Shown here piece after piece: positions 36,529 to 47,495 of a stretch of 64,000 nucleotides of DNA (within the stretch, counting starts at the first letter, position 1; each line of letters begins with the position of its first letter). The notes beneath the pieces were generated by a model. It saw only the letters and a program-made list of their open reading frames with translations, did not search any database and had not been told where the DNA came from. The position numbers and the translations under genes are program-made. Origin of the DNA: Escherichia coli. Lineage in GTDB: Bacteria; Pseudomonadota; Gammaproteobacteria; Enterobacterales; Enterobacteriaceae. Where the stretch lies: the NCBI RefSeq assembly GCF_016026235.1, contig NZ_CP065613.1, one strand, 5' to 3'.

Positions 36529-37902
36529 TTAACTCCGCTTATACAGCGGCAACCAAATCACCAGCCGTAAACCGCCCAGCGGGCTGTCTTCTGCTTTAAC
36601 CCAGCCACGATGCTGCTGAATGGCGGTTTCAACAATCGCCAGCCCCAATCCTGTACCGCCAGATTCACGATCGCGTGCTTCATCGGTCCGATAGAACGGA
36701 CGGAAAATCTGTTCGCGATCTTCCGGGCTAACGCCAGGACCATCGTCGTCCACCGTAATGGTGATACCGTCTTTATCTACCGCAAAGCCCACTTCAATCT
36801 TCGTATGGGAATAACGCAGAGCATTACGAACAATGTTTTCCAGCGCACTTTCCAGGGCGTTCGGATTGCCGTACAGCGGCCACGGCCCAGGCGGGAAGTT
36901 AACTGTCAACGACTTGCCCATTTGCTCGGCTTCGAACGCCGCGTTATCCAGCACTTCACTCCACAACTGGTTGGCTTTGATGGTTTCGCTAACCAGCGCG
37001 TTTTTTTGCTGATTACGTGACATCACCAACAGATCGTTGATCATGCTGTCCAGACGTTGCGCTTCGGTTTCAATACGCTCCAGTTCCTTGCTTTCACCGC
37101 TACGACGGCGCAGTAACGCCGTACCCAGTTGCAGACGCGTCAGCGGGGTGCGCAGCTCGTGAGAGATATCAGAAAGCAGACGCTGCTGAGAGGTCATCAT
37201 GCGCTCCAGCGCGGTGACCATCTGGTTAAAACTGGCACCTGCGGCAAGGAATTCCTGTGGCCCCGCTTCCAGTTCCGGGTGCTGGCGTAAGTTTCCCTGG
37301 GCAACTTCATCGGCAGCGTTTTTCAGCTTACGCGCCGGTTTTGCCAGACTCCAGGCCAACCACAACAGCAGCGGCGTACTGACCAACATGGTGACAATCA
37401 GCAGTAATAGCGGGCGGTCAAACAGTAAGTTAATGAAATCGGATTGAGAACTGCTGGCCGGACGAATCAGATAAAGTTGGTAATTATCTTCGCCATCACG
37501 CACGGAGAACGGACCGACCAGTTCCACGCGGCCATACTTTTTCTTCTGCGGATGATCGGCGTTATCGGCCTGACCAATAAAGTTACGAATGATCTGCATT
37601 TCGCTGCGTTCAGCGCCGATCACGCGGCCTTCGGTGGTCACCAATAACAAACGCTGTCCTGGCGGTGCCCACTTATCAATCGCCCGGAACAGACGCCGCC
37701 ACCACATTAAATCGTTGGGCGGATCGTTCGCCAGCTCCGCTTCAACATGCTGCTCAATCATCAGCCCCTGACGCTGTTCGCTATCCAGAAGCTCGGTCAT
37801 CTGGCGTGAATCGAGCTTGGGTAACATCAAAACCAACATCAACACCAGCGCCAGCGTCAGCCAGAAGATGGCGAAGATGCGCGCGGTTAAGCTGCCTATC
37901 AT
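36529..37902 (-). CDS. cpxA: envelope-stress sensor histidine kinase
   Basis: 457-aa ORF; two TM segments; H-box HELRTPLTRL. Confidence 0.95.
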   Translation of the reverse strand: MIGSLTARIFAIFWLTLALVLMLVLMLPKLDSRQMTELLDSEQRQGLMIEQHVEAELANDPPNDLMWWRRLFRAIDKWAPPGQRLLLVTTEGRVIGAERSEMQIIRNFIGQADNADHPQKKKYGRVELVGPFSVRDGEDNYQLYLIRPASSSQSDFINLLFDRPLLLLIVTMLVSTPLLLWLAWSLAKPARKLKNAADEVAQGNLRQHPELEAGPQEFLAAGASFNQMVTALERMMTSQQRLLSDISHELRTPLTRLQLGTALLRRRSGESKELERIETEAQRLDSMINDLLVMSRNQQKNALVSETIKANQLWSEVLDNAAFEAEQMGKSLTVNFPPGPWPLYGNPNALESALENIVRNALRYSHTKIEVGFAVDKDGITITVDDDGPGVSPEDREQIFRPFYRTDEARDRESGGTGLGLAIVETAIQQHRGWVKAEDSPLGGLRLVIWLPLYKRS

Positions 37903-38597
37903 GAAGCAGAAACCATCAGGTAGCCGCGACCACGCAAGGTTTTAAACCACGGGTGACCATCTTTACGATCCGGCAGTTTACGACGCAGGTTGGAAATGTG
38001 CATATCGATAGCGCGGTCGAAAGGCGTCAGGCGTTTGCCCAGCACTTCCTGGCTTAAATGTTCACGGGAAACCACCTGACCCAGATGCTGTGCCAGCAAA
38101 TAGAGCAGGGTAAACTCAGTACCGGTTAACTCCAGCGTTTGCCCGTCGAAGCTGGCTTCCTGACGGCCTGGATTCAGCACTAAGGCATCAACTTCCAGTG
38201 TCGGTGAACCGTTGTCGTTGTTTTGCTGTTGCTCGCTCCAGTGCGAACGGCGCAGGATCGCGCGAATACGTGCCACCAGCTCACGATCATTAAACGGTTT
38301 CGGGAGATAGTCATCTGCGCCCAGCTCAAGGCCGAGAACGCGATCAAGTTCACTGCCGCGCGCCGTCAACATAATGACAGGCGTCTGGTGTGTCTGGCGA
38401 AGTGCTTTTAATGTGTCGATACCATTTTTCTTCGGCATCATTACGTCAAGCAAAAGTAAATCAATGCTGTCGTCCAGAAGATCAAGCGCCTGTTCCCCAT
38501 CGTGGGCAACAATCACGTTGAAGCCTTCCATCTCGAGCAGCTCCTTTAATAGGGAAGTCAGCTCTCGGTCATCATCAACTAACAGGATTTTATTCAT
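37899..38597 (-). CDS. cpxR: envelope-stress response regulator (OmpR family)
   Basis: 232-aa ORF; receiver domain plus winged-helix; overlaps cpxA start. Confidence 0.95.
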   Translation of the reverse strand: MNKILLVDDDRELTSLLKELLEMEGFNVIVAHDGEQALDLLDDSIDLLLLDVMMPKKNGIDTLKALRQTHQTPVIMLTARGSELDRVLGLELGADDYLPKPFNDRELVARIRAILRRSHWSEQQQNNDNGSPTLEVDALVLNPGRQEASFDGQTLELTGTEFTLLYLLAQHLGQVVSREHLSQEVLGKRLTPFDRAIDMHISNLRRKLPDRKDGHPWFKTLRGRGYLMVSAS

Positions 38598-38652
38598 TGT
38601 TTAAATACCTCCGAGGCAGAAATTACGTCATCAGACGTCGCTAATCCATGAC

Positions 38653-38667
38653 TTTACGTTGTTTTAC
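38653..38667. promoter_or_regulatory. CpxR box (GTAAA-N5-GTAAA) in the cpxP / cpxRA divergent region
   Basis: Reverse complement of tttacgttgttttac is GTAAAacaacGTAAA; a further gtaaa half-site lies near 38694-38698. Confidence 0.7.
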
Positions 38668-38746
38668 ACCCCCTGACGCATGTTTGCAGCCTGAATCGTA
38701 AACTCTCTATCGTTGAATCGCGACAGAAAGATTTTGGGAGCAAATG

Positions 38747-39247
38747 ATGCGCATAGTTACCGCTGCCGTCATGGCCTCAACGCTGGCAGTCAGTTCATTA
38801 AGCCACGCTGCTGAAGTCGGTTCAGGCGATAACTGGCATCCGGGTGAAGAACTTACGCAGCGCAGTACGCAGAGCCATATGTTCGACGGCATAAGTTTAA
38901 CCGAACATCAGCGTCAGCAGATGCGAGATCTTATGCAACAGGCCCGGCACGAACAGCCTCCTGTTAATGTTAGCGAACTGGAGACAATGCATCGCCTTGT
39001 CACCGCAGAAAATTTTGATGAAAACGCTGTGCGCGCACAGGCAGAAAAAATGGCGAATGAGCAAATTGCTCGTCAGGTTGAGATGGCAAAAGTCCGCAAC
39101 CAAATGTATCGCCTGTTAACGCCGGAGCAGCAAGCGGTTTTAAACGAGAAACATCAACAACGAATGGAGCAGTTGCGCGACGTGACGCAATGGCAAAAAA
39201 GTTCATCGTTGAAGCTATTGAGTAGTAGCAACTCACGTTCCCAGTAG
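38747..39247 (+). CDS. cpxP: periplasmic CpxA inhibitor/adaptor
   Basis: ORF 38744..39247; signal peptide; [15 protein letters not shown] motifs. Confidence 0.9.
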
Positions 39248-39254
39248 TAAACCC

Positions 39255-39314
39255 TGTTTTCCTTGCCATAGACACCATCCCTGTCTTCCCCCACATGATG
39301 TGGGGGTTTTTTTT
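39255..39314 (+). ncRNA. cpxQ: CpxQ-like sRNA derived from the cpxP 3' UTR
   Basis: About 60 nt between cpxP stop and terminator T-run, ending in hairpin cccccacatgatgtggggg plus U-run; identity from recalled literature. Confidence 0.55.
39288..39314 (+). terminator. rho-independent terminator of cpxP
   Basis: Perfect hairpin cccccacatgatgtggggg followed by T8. Confidence 0.85.
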
Positions 39315-39395
39315 ATCCTCAATTTGCCTGCTGCTTAATGCATTGCGGATGATTTGCTTCCGTTATACTAGCGTCAGTTGATAGCGGGAGTATTT

Positions 39396-40298
39396 ATGAA
39401 TCAATCTTATGGACGGCTGGTCAGTCGGGCGGCGATTGCTGCGACGGCGATGGCTTCGCTGCTATTGCTGATTAAAATTTTTGCATGGTGGTATACCGGG
39501 TCGGTGAGTATTCTCGCCGCGCTGGTGGATTCGCTGGTGGATATCGGCGCGTCGTTGACGAATTTATTGGTAGTGCGATATTCCCTGCAACCTGCCGACG
39601 ATAATCACTCGTTTGGTCACGGTAAAGCTGAGTCCCTCGCGGCGCTGGCGCAAAGTATGTTTATCTCCGGTTCGGCACTATTCCTGTTTTTGACAGGCAT
39701 TCAACATCTGATATCTCCAACACCGATGACAGATCCAGGCGTCGGGGTTATCGTGACAATTGTGGCGCTAATTTGTACGATTATCCTTGTCTCGTTTCAG
39801 CGTTGGGTGGTGCGCCGGACGCAAAGCCAGGCGGTGCGGGCTGATATGCTACATTACCAGTCTGATGTTATGATGAACGGCGCAATTCTGCTGGCGCTGG
39901 GGTTGTCCTGGTACGGCTGGCATCGCGCCGATGCTCTGTTTGCATTGGGAATCGGCATCTATATTTTATATAGCGCGTTACGCATGGGATATGAGGCGGT
40001 ACAGTCATTACTGGATCGCGCATTACCTGATGAGGAACGGCAAGAAATTATTGATATCGTGACTTCCTGGCCGGGTGTTAGCGGCGCTCACGATCTTCGC
40101 ACGCGGCAGTCAGGGCCGACCCGCTTTATTCAGATTCATTTGGAAATGGAAGACTCTCTGCCTTTGGTTCAGGCACATATGGTGGCGGATCAGGTAGAGC
40201 AGGCTATTTTACGGCGTTTTCCGGGATCGGATGTGATTATCCATCAGGACCCCTGTTCCGTCGTACCCAGGGAGGGTAAACGGTCTATGCTTTCATAA
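39396..40298 (+). CDS. fieF: cation diffusion facilitator (ferrous iron / zinc efflux)
   Basis: ORF 39378..40298; start at MNQSYGRLV; six TM segments plus cytoplasmic domain. Confidence 0.9.
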
Positions 40299-40478
40299 TC
40301 AGTATAAAAGAGAGCCAGACCCGCATTTTGTGTATAAAATACCGCCATTTGGCCTGACCTGAATCAATTCAGCAGGAAGTGATTGTTATACTATTTGCAC
40401 ATTCGTTGGATCACTTCGATGTGCAAGAAGACTTCCGGCAACAGATTTCATTTTGCATTCCAAAGTTCAGAGGTAGTC

Positions 40479-41441
40479 ATGATTAAGAAAATCGGTGTGT
40501 TGACAAGCGGCGGTGATGCGCCAGGCATGAACGCCGCAATTCGCGGGGTTGTTCGTTCTGCGCTGACAGAAGGTCTGGAAGTAATGGGCATTTATGACGG
40601 CTATCTGGGTCTGTATGAAGACCGTATGGTACAGCTAGACCGTTACAGCGTTTCTGACATGATCAACCGTGGCGGTACGTTCCTCGGTTCTGCGCGTTTC
40701 CCGGAATTCCGCGACGAGAACATCCGCGCCGTGGCTATCGAAAACCTGAAAAAACGTGGGATCGATGCGCTGGTGGTTATCGGCGGTGACGGTTCCTACA
40801 TGGGTGCAATGCGTCTGACCGAAATGGGCTTCCCGTGCATCGGCCTGCCGGGCACTATCGACAACGACATCAAAGGCACTGACTACACTATCGGTTTCTT
40901 CACTGCGCTGAGCACCGTTGTAGAAGCGATCGACCGTCTGCGTGACACCTCTTCTTCTCACCAGCGTATTTCCGTGGTGGAAGTGATGGGCCGTTATTGT
41001 GGCGATCTGACGTTGGCTGCGGCCATTGCTGGTGGCTGTGAATTCGTTGTGGTTCCGGAAGTTGAATTCAGCCGTGAAGACCTGGTAAACGAAATCAAAG
41101 CGGGTATCGCGAAAGGTAAAAAACACGCGATCGTGGCGATTACCGAACATATGTGTGATGTTGACGAACTGGCGCATTTCATCGAGAAAGAAACCGGTCG
41201 TGAAACCCGCGCAACTGTGCTGGGCCATATCCAGCGCGGTGGTTCTCCGGTGCCTTACGACCGTATTCTGGCTTCCCGTATGGGCGCTTACGCTATCGAT
41301 CTGCTGCTGGCAGGTTACGGCGGTCGTTGCGTAGGTATTCAGAACGAACAGCTGGTTCACCACGACATCATCGACGCTATCGAAAACATGAAGCGTCCGT
41401 TCAAAGGCGACTGGCTGGACTGCGCGAAAAAACTGTATTAA
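40479..41441 (+). CDS. pfkA: 6-phosphofructokinase I
   Basis: ORF track opens at 40383; start at [23 protein letters not shown] (320 aa). Confidence 0.95.
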
Positions 41442-41493
41442 TGATTTCGGAAAAAGGCAGATTCCTTTAGCCTGAAACCGATGACAGAAGCAA

Positions 41494-41600
41494 AAATGCC
41501 TGATGCGCTTCGCTTATCAGGCCTACGTGAATTCTGCAATTTATTGAATTTACAAACTTTTGTAGGCCGGATAAGGCGTTCGCGCCTCATCCGGCATCGA
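41494..41600. repeat. REP/BIME elements
   Basis: gcctgatgcgcttcgcttatcaggcctac ... taggccggataaggcgttcgcgcctcatccggc. Confidence 0.8.
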
Positions 41601-41760
41601 TAAAGCGCACTTTGTCAGCAATATGAGGCGGATTTCTTCCGCCTTTTTAACCCCTCAACATATACCCGCAAGTTATAGCCAATCTTTTTTTATTCTTTAA
41701 TGTTTGGTTAACCTTCTGGCACGCTTTGCTCATCACAACACAACATAAGAGAGTCGGGCG

Positions 41761-42750
41761 ATGAACAAGTGGGGCGTAGGGTTAACATTTTTGCTGGCGG
41801 CAACCAGCGTTATGGCAAAGGATATTCAGCTTCTTAACGTTTCATATGATCCAACGCGCGAATTGTACGAACAGTACAACAAGGCATTCAGCGCCCACTG
41901 GAAACAGCAAACTGGCGATAACGTGGTGATTCGTCAGTCACACGGTGGTTCAGGCAAACAAGCGACGTCGGTAATCAACGGTATTGAAGCTGATGTTGTC
42001 ACGCTGGCTCTGGCCTATGACGTGGACGCGATTGCGGAACGCGGGCGGATTGATAAAGAGTGGATCAAACGTCTGCCGGATAACTCCGCACCGTACACTT
42101 CCACCATTGTTTTCCTGGTGCGTAAGGGCAATCCGAAGCAGATCCATGACTGGAACGATCTGATTAAACCGGGTGTTTCAGTGATCACGCCTAATCCGAA
42201 AAGCTCTGGTGGCGCGCGCTGGAATTACCTGGCTGCCTGGGGCTACGCGCTGCATCACAACAACAACGATCAGGCAAAAGCACAGGATTTTGTTCGGGCA
42301 CTGTATAAAAACGTCGAAGTTCTGGATTCTGGCGCGCGCGGCTCCACTAATACCTTTGTCGAGCGCGGGATTGGCGATGTACTGATCGCCTGGGAAAACG
42401 AAGCTCTGCTGGCAGCGAATGAACTGGGGAAAGATAAATTCGAAATCGTCACGCCGAGTGAGTCTATCCTCGCAGAGCCAACCGTGTCGGTGGTCGATAA
42501 AGTGGTCGAGAAAAAAGGCACCAAAGAGGTGGCGGAAGCCTACCTGAAATATCTCTACTCGCCAGAAGGTCAGGAAATTGCCGCGAAAAACTACTACCGT
42601 CCGCGCGACGCTGAAGTAGCGAAAAAGTACGAAAATGCGTTTCCAAAGCTGAAGTTATTCACCATTGATGAAGAGTTCGGCGGCTGGACGAAAGCGCAAA
42701 AAGAGCATTTTGCTAACGGCGGTACGTTCGATCAGATCAGCAAACGCTGA
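41761..42750 (+). CDS. sbp: periplasmic sulfate-binding protein
   Basis: 329-aa ORF with signal peptide. Confidence 0.9.
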
Positions 42751-42773
42751 TTTCCCCTGGATAATTATCAAAC

Positions 42774-42805
42774 CCGGTGGTTTCTCGCGACCGGGTTTTT
42801 TATTT
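42774..42805 (+). terminator. rho-independent terminator of sbp
   Basis: Hairpin cccggtggtttctcgcgaccggg followed by a T-run. Confidence 0.8.
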
Positions 42806-42856
42806 GTCACGATTTTGCGTTACCCTTGCATCTCTTTGAGGTACAGGGAAAAAAAG

Positions 42857-43612
42857 ATGAAAAAAGCGGGTCTTCTTTTTTTGGTGATGATAGTTATCGC
42901 CGTTGTGGCTGCCGGTATTGGTTACTGGAAATTAACCGGTGAAGAGTCGGATACATTACGTAAGATTGTCCTTGAGGAATGTTTGCCCAATCAGCAGCAA
43001 AATCAAAATCCTTCGCCATGTGCGGAAGTCAAACCCAATGCCGGATACGTGGTTTTAAAAGATCTTAATGGTCCACTGCAATATCTGTTGATGCCAACGT
43101 ATCGTATTAACGGTACTGAAAGTCCTTTGTTGACCGATCCTTCAACGCCGAACTTCTTTTGGTTGGCCTGGCAGGCGCGTGATTTTATGGGCAAAAAATA
43201 CGGCCAGCCGGTTCCCGATCGCGCGGTTTCTTTGGCGATCAACTCCCGCACCGGGCGTACGCAAAACCATTTTCATATTCATATCTCTTGTATTCGTCCT
43301 GATGTGCGCGAACAACTGGATAAAAATCTGGCGAACATCAGCAGCCGCTGGTTGCCACTGCCAGGTGGTTTGCGCGGGCATGAATACCTGGCGCGTCGGG
43401 TAACGGAAAGCGAACTGGTACAACGCAGCCCATTTATGATGCTTGCAGAAGAAGTGCCTGAAGCGCGGGAACATATGGGAAGCTACGGGCTGGCGATGGT
43501 ACGGCAGAGTGATAATTCGTTTGTGTTGCTGGCGACACAACGAAATCTACTGACGCTGAACCGTGCTTCAGCCGAGGAAATTCAGGATCATCAGTGTGAG
43601 ATTTTGCGTTAA
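42857..43612 (+). CDS. cdh: CDP-diacylglycerol pyrophosphatase
   Basis: ORF track opens at 42665 inside sbp; start placed at [10 protein letters not shown] (ATG 42857, ~251 aa); HIT-like HFHIH motif. Confidence 0.85.
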   Translation: MKKAGLLFLVMIVIAVVAAGIGYWKLTGEESDTLRKIVLEECLPNQQQNQNPSPCAEVKPNAGYVVLKDLNGPLQYLLMPTYRINGTESPLLTDPSTPNFFWLAWQARDFMGKKYGQPVPDRAVSLAINSRTGRTQNHFHIHISCIRPDVREQLDKNLANISSRWLPLPGGLRGHEYLARRVTESELVQRSPFMMLAEEVPEAREHMGSYGLAMVRQSDNSFVLLATQRNLLTLNRASAEEIQDHQCEILR

Positions 43613-43634
43613 GGCGAAGAGTTAAGGAAAGTAA

Positions 43635-43657
43635 GTGCCGGATATGAAATCCGGCAC
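43635..43657 (-). terminator. hairpin between convergent cdh and tpiA
   Basis: gtgccggat atgaa atccggcac palindrome. Confidence 0.4.
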
Positions 43658-43666
43658 CTGTCAGAC

Positions 43667-44434
43667 TTAAGCCTGTTTAGCCGCTTCTGCAGCTTTAACG
43701 ATTACTGCGAAGGCGTCAGCTTTCAGAGAAGCACCACCAACCAGCGCGCCGTCGATATCCGGCTGAGCGAACAGTTCTGCAGCATTAGAAGCATTTACAG
43801 AACCGCCGTACTGAATGATCACTTGTTCAGCGATGTTAGCGTCAACTTTAGCGATGTGGTCACGAATGAATTTGTGAACAGCCTGTGCCTGAGCCGGAGT
43901 TGCAGATTTGCCAGTACCGATTGCCCATACAGGTTCGTAAGCGATAACCGCACCTTCGAATGCCGCAGCACCCTGAGTTTTCAGTACCGCGTCGATCTGA
44001 CGTGCGCAAACTTCTTCAGTTTTGCCCGCTTCGTTTTCAGCTTCGGTTTCACCGATGCACAGAACCGGAGTCAGGCCCTGCTCTTTCAGCACCGCGAATT
44101 TTTTCGCGATCAGTTCGTCAGATTCTTTGTGGTAAGTACGACGTTCAGAGTGACCGATGATGATGTACTGTGCGCCGATGTCTTTCAGCATAGCAGCAGA
44201 GGTTTCACCGGTGAATGCGCCGGACAGGTTCAGGTCCACGTTTTGCGCACCCAGCATGATGTGGCTGCCTTCAGCTTCACGCTTCGCCATATCGATGTAC
44301 ATTTCCGGTGGTGCGATTGCAACCGCACAGCCAGCAACACCTGCCAGCTCTTTACGCAGGTTAGAAACCAGCTCGTGAACCATGTGGCGGCTGCCGTTCA
44401 GTTTCCAGTTACCCATCACTAAAGGATGTCGCAT
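43667..44434 (-). CDS. tpiA: triosephosphate isomerase
   Basis: 255-aa [17 protein letters not shown]... Confidence 0.95.
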
Positions 44435-44541
44435 TTTAATTCTCCACGCTTATAAGCGAATAAAGGAAGATGGCCGCCCCGCAGGGCAGCAGGTCTGTGA
44501 AACAGTATAGAGATTCATCGGCACAAAGGCTTTGCTTTTTG

Positions 44542-45141
44542 TCATTTATTCAAACCTTCAAGCGATTCAGATAGCGCCAGCTTAATCGGTTCAACAGCGA
44601 AGGTCAGCCCCTTTTCGCCGTTGTCCGCGACAACATAACGCAGTGCACCTTCTGTCTCGGTGTAATAACGTTTGTTTTTCCCCGCCGTTAGCAGCGACTG
44701 CAGTTTTTTCTGGCTTTGTGTTTTGGTCATTAATGGGGTGAGTGTGCGGATCACTGCTGCCATGTATTCCTGAGCTTTCGCTTTCGCTGCTTTTTGCTCT
44801 GGCCCCTGGATGGGTAGCCAGGTCATTTGAATGCTTTTGATTTTTAAGGTACCGCGCTCCAGCGCTGTAGAAGCATACAAGTTCTCGTTAATTTTACTTG
44901 CAGCACGAGTGAGATTGGCTTTGTCGGGACTGCTGTCGATGGCACGAAATTCGTTCAGTGGCAGGCTAGGATTCTGGCTGTTAAAGTCTTCTCGAAACTG
45001 GCTGATGGAGAGATCGAAAGTAGGGGCTCCAGCCAGCAGATAAGGCGCGGTCGTTGCCGTATCTGGTGTTTGTGCATGCGCCGTTGTTGTAACGGTTAAT
45101 GCAGAACATAAGAGAAAAAACAGCGTACACCCTGGCTTCAT
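44542..45141 (-). CDS. yiiQ: secreted protein of unknown function
   Basis: 199-aa ORF with signal peptide. Confidence 0.8.
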   Translation of the reverse strand: MKPGCTLFFLLCSALTVTTTAHAQTPDTATTAPYLLAGAPTFDLSISQFREDFNSQNPSLPLNEFRAIDSSPDKANLTRAASKINENLYASTALERGTLKIKSIQMTWLPIQGPEQKAAKAKAQEYMAAVIRTLTPLMTKTQSQKKLQSLLTAGKNKRYYTETEGALRYVVADNGEKGLTFAVEPIKLALSESLEGLNK

Positions 45142-45241
45142 TGACAGTACCTTTTGTTATGACTGGCTCCGATTAAAACGATATCTGTCGCCCTTGTCAA
45201 AAGGGTAGAATCCTGGAAAAGACAACCATCAAGGAACTTAC

Positions 45242-45682
45242 ATGACCATACAGCAATGGTTATTCTCATTTAAAGGGCGTATTGGACGCCGTGATTTCTG
45301 GATTTGGATAGGCCTGTGGTTAGCAGGCATGCTGGTGCTTTTCTCACTGGCGGGTAAAAATTTACTCGATATTCAGACCGCGGCGTTTTGCCTGGTGTGC
45401 TTGCTTTGGCCAACAGCGGCAGTAACCGTTAAGCGCTTGCATGATCGCGGGCGTTCCGGCGCATGGGCATTTTTGATGATTGTGGCGTGGATGCTGCTGG
45501 CGGGTAACTGGGCGATTTTACCGGGTGTCTGGCAATGGGCGGTGGGGCGTTTTGTCCCGACGTTGATTTTGGTGATGATGCTTATCGATCTTGGTGCGTT
45601 TGTTGGCACACAAGGCGAAAATAAATATGGTAAAGATACCCAGGATGTGAAGTATAAAGCCGACAATAAATCAAGTAATTAA
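45242..45682 (+). CDS. yiiR: inner membrane protein of unknown function
   Basis: 146-aa ORF with several TM helices. Confidence 0.8.
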   Translation: MTIQQWLFSFKGRIGRRDFWIWIGLWLAGMLVLFSLAGKNLLDIQTAAFCLVCLLWPTAAVTVKRLHDRGRSGAWAFLMIVAWMLLAGNWAILPGVWQWAVGRFVPTLILVMMLIDLGAFVGTQGENKYGKDTQDVKYKADNKSSN

Positions 45683-45893
45683 CCTTTAATATATCTCTTA
45701 CTGCTATTTTTTTCCGGGATTGTTATTTCCACGATGCAAATGACAATACCCGGAAAATCCTTCTGAACTCTTCACCTTAAGCAATATCAAAAAAAATGGT
45801 AATCCATAAGATCATTACTTGTTTGTTCTTCCCTTAACGGCGCATTATTCTTAAGTCGTAATCGACAGAGAGGCGAATATACAGAGGTGCCCT

Positions 45894-46193
45894 ATGAAAG
45901 ATGTCGTAGATAAATGCAGTACTAAAGGATGTGCGATTGATATCGGTACGGTGATTGATAACGACAACTGTACCAGTAAGTTTTCGCGCTTTTTTGCCAC
46001 CCGCGAAGAAGCAGAGTCTTTTATGACCAAACTGAAAGAGCTTGCCGCCGCTGCATCCTCTGCAGATGAAGGGGCCAGCGTGGCCTATAAGATTAAGGAT
46101 CTGGAGGGGCAAGTTGAGCTTGATGCGGCCTTCACTTTCTCATGCCAGGCCGAGATGATTATTTTTGAGTTATCACTGCGTTCGTTAGCTTGA
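45894..46193 (+). CDS. yiiS: small protein of unknown function
   Basis: 99-aa ORF upstream of uspD. Confidence 0.75.
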   Translation: MKDVVDKCSTKGCAIDIGTVIDNDNCTSKFSRFFATREEAESFMTKLKELAAAASSADEGASVAYKIKDLEGQVELDAAFTFSCQAEMIIFELSLRSLA

Positions 46194-46219
46194 TGGAGTT
46201 GCTTTAGAAGGAGTTAAAC

Positions 46220-46648
46220 ATGGCTTATAAACACATTGGCGTGGCAATTTCCGGGAATGAAGAAGATGCCTTACTGGTGAATAAAGCCCTGGAGCTCGCC
46301 AGACATAATGACGCTCACCTGACGTTAATTCATATTGATGATGGCTTAAGCGAGTTGTATCCGGGTATCTACTTCCCTGCAACAGAAGATATTCTTCAAT
46401 TGTTGAAGAATAAGTCGGATAACAAGCTGTATAAACTGACGAAAAATATTCAATGGCCGAAGACAAAACTGCGTATTGAACGCGGAGAAATGCCGGAAAC
46501 ACTGCTGGAAATTATGCAAAAAGAGCAGTGCGACCTCCTTGTCTGTGGTCATCACCACTCATTTATCAACCGTTTGATGCCGGCATATCGCGGGATGATC
46601 AATAAGATGAGTGCGGATTTGCTCATCGTACCGTTTATCGATAAGTAA
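46220..46648 (+). CDS. uspD: universal stress protein D
   Basis: 142-aa [23 protein letters not shown]... Confidence 0.9.
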
Positions 46649-46652
46649 CCGC

Positions 46653-47399
46653 TTACCAGTAATGCTCCGCTGTCATATAGCCCGGTCGGCGACGTAAATG
46701 TTTCGTCATCTGCCGGGTCTCTTTTAGCAACTGTTGTGTATCGCGCACCATCTGTGGATTGCCGCACAGCATCACATGGCTGGTTTCTTTATTCATCGGC
46801 AGGCCAACCGCGCTTTCCAGTTCACCACTTTCAATTAACGCTGGTATCCGCCCGGTGAGTGACCCCGCCGCCGTTTCCCGACTGACCACCGTCTGAATGC
46901 GCAGTTTCCCTTCGTAGCGTTTTTCCAGTTCTTGCATCAGTGGCAAATAGCTTAAGTCGGCGGCATAACGTGCGGCGTGAACCAGGACCAGATTTTTGAA
47001 GCGATCTAAATCTTTGCCTAGTTGTAGAATCGATAAATAAGGGCCAATCGCTGTACCGGTTGCCAGCATCCATAGCGTTTCGCAATCTGGTACTTCATCC
47101 AGAACAAAGAAGCCAGCTGCTTCGCTAACCACCTGCACTTCATCGCCCGGTTTCAGTGCCGCCAATCGTGGGCTTAATTTGCCATCGGGGACGGTGACCA
47201 GGTAAAACTCCAGATCAGGATTATCGGGCGAGTTAACATAGGAGTAGGCGCGCTGGACGCGTTCGCCGTCAATTTCAAGGCCAAGTTTAGTAAATTGCCC
47301 GGCGGTAAACGGATGCACAGGGGCGTGAACGGTGAGACTAAACAGGGCGTCGGTCCAGTTCTGCACTTTAGTGACTTTGCCTGTTACCCAATCAGCCAT
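46653..47399 (-). CDS. fpr: ferredoxin/flavodoxin-NADP+ reductase
   Basis: 248-aa ORF. Confidence 0.9.
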   Translation of the reverse strand: MADWVTGKVTKVQNWTDALFSLTVHAPVHPFTAGQFTKLGLEIDGERVQRAYSYVNSPDNPDLEFYLVTVPDGKLSPRLAALKPGDEVQVVSEAAGFFVLDEVPDCETLWMLATGTAIGPYLSILQLGKDLDRFKNLVLVHAARYAADLSYLPLMQELEKRYEGKLRIQTVVSRETAAGSLTGRIPALIESGELESAVGLPMNKETSHVMLCGNPQMVRDTQQLLKETRQMTKHLRRRPGYMTAEHYW

Positions 47400-47442
47400 G
47401 TTTTTCTCCTGTTTTGATTGACTTGCCTTATCTTCGTTCTCC

Positions 47443-47473
47443 GAACAAAAAAATTCCAGTCCCGAAGGACTGG
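47443..47473 (-). terminator. rho-independent terminator after glpX
   Basis: Hairpin ccagtcc cgaa ggactgg with a T-run on the reverse strand (A-run 47443-47455 on +). Confidence 0.65.
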
Positions 47474-47495
47474 AAGGCTCAATCGATCAAATCAA

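Noticed and set aside
40635-41363. 242-aa minus-strand ORF inside pfkA
   Set aside because: Antisense to pfkA; no start-site support
42665-42856. N-terminal extension of cdh overlapping the sbp 3' end
   Set aside because: Extension overlaps sbp and its terminator; the ATG at 42857 follows the terminator and begins a typical signal/TM segment
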